Source: Candidatus Omnitrophota bacterium (GTDB taxonomy: Bacteria > Omnitrophota > Gorgyraeia > Duberdicusellales > 4484-171). Taken from it: a stretch of DNA of 64,000 bases. The first letter of the stretch is position 1. Each line of letters starts with the position of its first letter. The DNA is taken from assembly GCA_021735655.1 (NCBI GenBank), contig JAIPGM010000002.1:160001-224000 (forward strand), in the 5' to 3' direction. Made by a program: the position numbers and the translations under genes. The notes under the pieces were generated by a model. It saw nothing but the letters and a program-made list of their open reading frames with translations, was not told the DNA's origin and ran no database searches. Shown here piece after piece: positions 59,846 to 64,000 of the stretch.

Positions 59846-59886
59846 ATATTGCAATATTTTTAATATATGTTAAAATAACCATCTTT

Positions 59887-59926
59887 GTAAGCGCAGAAAA
59901 TAACCGCGCTTACACCTCTTTTTTAA
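59887..59926 (+). terminator. Rho-independent terminator after purU
   Basis: GTAAGCGC-loop-GCGCTTAC hairpin followed by CCTCTTTTTT. Confidence 0.75.
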
Positions 59927-59954
59927 ATTTTACAATATTCAAGGGAGGAGCGTA

Positions 59955-61238
59955 ATGAAAAAAATACTTAAGTTTACTGCTATCATTGTCTTATTGTTGT
60001 TTGTTTTTGGCTGTTCTGGTCAAAAACCTAAAGACGGCACAGTGGTCGTTTGGCATTGGATGACCGACAGAAAAGATGCTTTTTTAGAGTTAGCTAAAAA
60101 GTATCAGGCTGAAACCGGCGTAACTGTTGAATTTAAACTGCTATTTCCTCCGGAAACCTATTCAATGAAGGTTACTGCCGGAGCCCGAGCAAAAACCCTA
60201 CCTGATATTTTTGGTATTTTAGGTGAGAAAAAAACAGTTGGTTCGTTCATTCGGGCAAAGCATATATCTGATCTTACTTCCGATATGACTGCTGATTCAA
60301 AAACATGGCAGAAACGTTTTTACCCTCAAACTTTAGATGTAGTTGTATTTAAGAAAAACAATTATTCTGGTGTCAAACCGGGAATATACGGTGTCCCAAT
60401 AGATACTACGGTTATGCAGTTTGTTTATAACAAATCACTTCTTAATGATTTAGGCTTGCCAGGACCTCCGGAAACTTTTGAGGATTTTATCAACTATGCA
60501 AATCGAGTAAAAGAAAAAGAAAAAACTTTCGGTTTTGTTTGTGGCTGGGGTGAAGGCTGGTTGCTTAATGCTTTAGCGACTGAATGGGCAATAAACCTTA
60601 TGGGGGAAAAGAAGTTTTTAAGTACCCTTGAAGGGAGTGTTTCTTATACTGACCCTGACTGGATAAAGGTTTTTTCATTATTCGAGACCTTGCGTAACTC
60701 CGGCATTCTTTCACCGAATATCGCGACTATGACCAACAAAGAGTCAGAGAATGCTTTTTCTAAAGGCAAAGCTTTGTTTTCTTTTAATGGTAGTTGGTCA
60801 ATGAATGTTTATGCACAACTTAATCCCGAACTTAATTATGGCTTTTTTTCACTTCCCAAGGTTTCGAAAAATTATCCGGTAAAGGTTTGGGGAGGTTCAG
60901 GAACCTCGTTTATGGTTAATGACCGTTCTCCTAATAAGGACAAAGCCATTGAATTTCTTAAATGGTTAACCAAAAAGGAACAACAGATCTTTTTGATTAA
61001 GGAAACTAACAATCTGCCGGCGATTAAAGGCTGTGAAGATCAGATGTCAGAAAGGCTTAAAAAACTTACTTTAAATTTAAATAACCTTACTCATCCTGAT
61101 GTTTGGCCGGGCAATGAGGATTCAAGGGTAATTGAATCTTTGAATCGTGGCCTGCAGCAAATAGTCATGGGCCTCAAAAAACCTCAAGAGGTTGCTAAAG
61201 AGGTGCAGGAAAAGAAAGACAAAATTGTAAAAAGATGA
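59955..61238 (+). CDS. ABC transporter substrate-binding lipoprotein (family 1, carbohydrate-type)
   Basis: 427 aa. Lipoprotein signal LLLFVFGCSG, MalE/UgpB-like fold pattern. RBS AGGGAGGAG. Confidence 0.7.
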   Translation: MKKILKFTAIIVLLLFVFGCSGQKPKDGTVVVWHWMTDRKDAFLELAKKYQAETGVTVEFKLLFPPETYSMKVTAGARAKTLPDIFGILGEKKTVGSFIRAKHISDLTSDMTADSKTWQKRFYPQTLDVVVFKKNNYSGVKPGIYGVPIDTTVMQFVYNKSLLNDLGLPGPPETFEDFINYANRVKEKEKTFGFVCGWGEGWLLNALATEWAINLMGEKKFLSTLEGSVSYTDPDWIKVFSLFETLRNSGILSPNIATMTNKESENAFSKGKALFSFNGSWSMNVYAQLNPELNYGFFSLPKVSKNYPVKVWGGSGTSFMVNDRSPNKDKAIEFLKWLTKKEQQIFLIKETNNLPAIKGCEDQMSERLKKLTLNLNNLTHPDVWPGNEDSRVIESLNRGLQQIVMGLKKPQEVAKEVQEKKDKIVKR

Positions 61239-62149
61239 ATTCTTCGGTAAAAGAGAATAGCGTAAATTTTTCATTCATTTTTCCAGCCCTTTTTATTTTT
61301 TCGGTTTTTTATATCTACCCCTTCTTTTACAGTTTCATTTTAAGTTTAACTAATTATGATCTGATTGGAGATTTTAACTTAAAAGAATACTATATCGGCT
61401 TTGGTAATTTTCAAGACGCCTTAACCGACAAAGACTGGTGGAGTTCGATGTATAACGGAGGCTTCATCACCTTTTGGGCTTTGACTTTTCAAAATATTTT
61501 AGCATTTGCTTTAGCTCTTGCTGTCGATAAGGTAGTACGGTTAAAGAAATTTTATCGAGTCGTATTTTTTATTTTGCCGGTTCTTTCAGAAATTATAATC
61601 GGTTTATTAATGAAACAACTTTTGATTGGTGAGCCTATCGGCAGGGATGTGTTTAATCATATTTTAACTAACCTCCATTTGGGATTTTTAGCTCAGGATT
61701 GGATTGGCGGAGAGAATGTACGTCTGGTTACGGCCTTAGTCCATTGCTGGAAAGGCTTTGGGTGGGCGTTTGTTATATTTTTTGCTGGTTTACAAACTAT
61801 TCCTGAACAACTATACGAGGCAGCAAAAATTGACGGCGCTGGAGCCTGGCAGCAATTTCGTAAAATTACCGTCCCTTTGCTTATGCCCGTCATTACTCTA
61901 ATTATTGTTCTTACAATATTAGGCACTATGCAGGCCTTTGCTATGATCTTAGCTTTAAATGCCGGGGCTGGAGGCCAAACGACGGTGCCGGTTATGATTA
62001 TTTTTTCTCATATTGGCGGAGCCAGTAAGCTGGCCGGGCTAGCCTGCGCCGAGGGTCTTATTCTAGGGGTGATGCTGGTTATAGTTTCATTTACTATGTT
62101 TTTTGTTTCCAAAAAAGTAAAGGAAAAATATGGTGTATTACCGAGCTAA
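61235..62149 (+). CDS. Sugar ABC transporter permease (MalF/UgpA-type)
   Basis: 304 aa, 6 TM helices, EAA-loop region (YEAAKIDGAGAWQQFRKITVP). Confidence 0.8.
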   Translation: MNSSVKENSVNFSFIFPALFIFSVFYIYPFFYSFILSLTNYDLIGDFNLKEYYIGFGNFQDALTDKDWWSSMYNGGFITFWALTFQNILAFALALAVDKVVRLKKFYRVVFFILPVLSEIIIGLLMKQLLIGEPIGRDVFNHILTNLHLGFLAQDWIGGENVRLVTALVHCWKGFGWAFVIFFAGLQTIPEQLYEAAKIDGAGAWQQFRKITVPLLMPVITLIIVLTILGTMQAFAMILALNAGAGGQTTVPVMIIFSHIGGASKLAGLACAEGLILGVMLVIVSFTMFFVSKKVKEKYGVLPS

Positions 62150-62969
62150 GAAAATAGTCACTTTAATTATTTTACATACATTTCTTTTTAGTGTTGCCTT
62201 GAGTTGTATTTTTCCTTTTTTCTGGATGATTAACGTATCCTTAAAAACTCAAAGCCAATATGATGCTGACTCAGGCTTAAAAATTTCTAGTTCTTTAAAT
62301 TGGGACAACTATTACAAAGTAATAGTTGAAGGTGAATTTTGGCGTTATATTGTTAACAGTGTTATTTATACGTTCTCTACGGTTATTTTTATTGTTCTTG
62401 TATCTTCTTTAGCCGCCTATGGATTTTCCCGTCTTCATTTTCCCGGTAAGAATATTATCTTTTTTATGTTTTTGGCGGCGATGATGATACCGCTTCCAGC
62501 CGGTTTTGTTCCAGTGTATGCACTCTTGCAACAACTAGGTCTCTTAAATCGAACCGGATATGTTTTAGCTATGACAAATATCGGTCTTTCTTTCAGTATC
62601 TACCTTTTAAAAACTTTTTTTGACCAATTGCCGCGCGATCTTGAGGATGCAGCCAGAATGGACGGTTGCACCAAGTTTCAAATTTATTGGCATGTTGGTT
62701 TGCCTTTAGTTGCTCCAGCTCTTGGCGTAGTTGTTATTTTCAACGCTTTAAATGTTTGGAATGAGTTTGTTTTAGCTAAACTTATATTTACTGACGAACA
62801 ATTTATGCCCCTTCAAGCTGGATTAATGGAATTTACTGGGAAAATGGTAACCCAACACACTCTGATCATGGCCGCTTTAACCATAGCGGCTCTTCCGATA
62901 ATTCTATTGTATATTAAGATGCAAAAGCAATTTATTAAAGGGCTTACTGCCGGAGCAGTGGTAGGATAA
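62130..62969 (+). CDS. Sugar ABC transporter permease (MalG/UgpE-type)
   Basis: 279 aa, 6 TM helices, EAA loop (LEDAARMDGCTKFQIYWHVGLP). Confidence 0.8.
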   Translation: MVYYRAKKIVTLIILHTFLFSVALSCIFPFFWMINVSLKTQSQYDADSGLKISSSLNWDNYYKVIVEGEFWRYIVNSVIYTFSTVIFIVLVSSLAAYGFSRLHFPGKNIIFFMFLAAMMIPLPAGFVPVYALLQQLGLLNRTGYVLAMTNIGLSFSIYLLKTFFDQLPRDLEDAARMDGCTKFQIYWHVGLPLVAPALGVVVIFNALNVWNEFVLAKLIFTDEQFMPLQAGLMEFTGKMVTQHTLIMAALTIAALPIILLYIKMQKQFIKGLTAGAVVG

Positions 62970-64000
62970 TGAAAACTATAGTTAAAAATTTAATTTTACT
63001 TTTATTTCTATCTAACCTCTTAATAGTTGAAAGTTACTCTCAAGAAACTGCGAAACTTGAGAAGTCCAAACATGTTAATAGTGCTTGGTCTCTACGCGGT
63101 CAGAAAAAATACGAACAAGCCTACGAAGAAGTAGACGCTTGCATTGCTAACCTGACTGATAATGCTAATCGCCTAGCGAAAGCTTTAACTGGGCCAACCG
63201 ATGAAGTTAAAAAATCTAGCTATCAAAATATGAATGATATTGCTGAATGTTACTTTATTAGAGCTGAAATATTTCGTGATCAGACAAAGTATGAGGAAGC
63301 TAGTAAAGCTTTCAGCGTCATTATTGAAAAATATCCTTACGCTCAGTGCTTTGACCCCCGGGGCTGGTTTTGGTCTCCGGCCAATGCAGCAAAAGACGCT
63401 ATAAAGGAAATAGCTAATGTTAAACTAGAAGAAAAAATTACCATCGAACCAGAGGTTCCAATCAGTCTTTACGACCCCGGGTTGGAATTCCCGGTTGATT
63501 ACTTAAAATATGGTGAATTTAAAGGTGAGGGAACTGAAGATTACGAATATATTACTAGTGACCCAATAGGCCTATCTAAAGCTGTTGGTGAGGGAATTTA
63601 TCCAAACACTAGTTCGATTAAATTTGATCCAGGATTCATTGCGATCAAGAAAACACTTTCTAGTATTGACCACTGGAAGATCTTAAATAGCCGAAACTTA
63701 AAATTAGCTTTTTATAAGTGGAATATGGCTCCTGAGCCTCAGGGAGTGAAGCAATTTCATTTAGCGGAAATTTTAGAAAGAAGTGGCCTGGTTGAATCGG
63801 CGATAAAAGCTTACTATGCTGCATTGGTTCATTTTCCAAAAAGTTATGGCTGGACTTATTGGCATACACCTTGGTATGTATCTAAGGTGGCACTTTACCG
63901 AATAAAATATTTACTTAAAAAAAATCCCGAACTCAATCTTGCTCTCGAAGGAGCTGAAGTTAAAATAATTAACGGCTACGATAACGATATTCGTAATGAT
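62969..64000 (+). CDS. Secreted hypothetical protein (partial, runs off the window end)
   Basis: The ATG at 62969 overlaps the permease stop. The frame stays open to the end of the window (>340 aa). N-terminal signal peptide MKTIVKNLILLLFLSNLLIV. This ORF is missing from the supplied track, and no family is recognisable. Confidence 0.5.
   Translation, partial: MKTIVKNLILLLFLSNLLIVESYSQETAKLEKSKHVNSAWSLRGQKKYEQAYEEVDACIANLTDNANRLAKALTGPTDEVKKSSYQNMNDIAECYFIRAEIFRDQTKYEEASKAFSVIIEKYPYAQCFDPRGWFWSPANAAKDAIKEIANVKLEEKITIEPEVPISLYDPGLEFPVDYLKYGEFKGEGTEDYEYITSDPIGLSKAVGEGIYPNTSSIKFDPGFIAIKKTLSSIDHWKILNSRNLKLAFYKWNMAPEPQGVKQFHLAEILERSGLVESAIKAYYAALVHFPKSYGWTYWHTPWYVSKVALYRIKYLLKKNPELNLALEGAEVKIINGYDNDIRND

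Overview
This 64 kb window is a gene-dense, AT-rich chromosomal segment. Almost every gene is on the + strand, many with overlapping start/stop codons, so it reads as a set of operons. I found no transposase, integrase, CRISPR array or prophage genes, so most of it looks like core genome. I cannot assign a taxon from the sequence alone; the lineage claim below is inference only.

Gene content, in order:
- a giant surface protein with a PilX-like minor-pilin N-terminus fused to seven LamG-type lectin repeats
- valS, nadC, uvrB, coaX
- groES-groEL with an upstream CIRCE/HrcA operator
- a PAS-PAS-HD-GYP phosphodiesterase
- pyruvate:ferredoxin oxidoreductase plus a small ferredoxin
- a PpiD/SurA-like periplasmic chaperone on the - strand
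- ssrA (tmRNA)
- thioredoxin and a tRNA(CAU)
- a zinc-ribbon (COG1579) protein translationally coupled to RNase HI
- yebC-ruvC-ruvA-scpB
- metK-ahcY
- pfkA plus a divergent class II aldolase, and an IlvD/Edd-family dehydratase
- mreBCD-mrdA-rodA, followed by a radical-SAM TIGR03960 protein and a short DUF2344-like ORF
- a - strand polyamine cluster: carboxynorspermidine decarboxylase, carboxynorspermidine dehydrogenase, and a pyruvoyl AdoMetDC-fold protein
- tRNA-Thr and an MFS transporter
- a complete Rnf complex (rnfCDGEAB) plus RseC
- purN
- a - strand pair: a 1025-aa tandem-duplicated FtsH (two full AAA+/M41 modules in one polypeptide) overlapping a TPR lipoprotein, divergently arranged with hflK-hflC
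- purU
- a sugar ABC importer (binding protein and two permeases)

PFOR, ferredoxin and Rnf together suggest an anaerobic, ferredoxin-based energy metabolism. MreBCD, PBP2, RodA and HflKC suggest a rod-shaped, diderm-like cell.

The loci most likely to be new biology are:
- the covalently duplicated FtsH with its TPR lipoprotein
- the polyamine cluster, where the SpeD-like gene is plausibly a neofunctionalised pyruvoyl ornithine/arginine decarboxylase
- the PilX-LamG giant pilus-tip adhesin, which has near-identical intragenic DNA repeats
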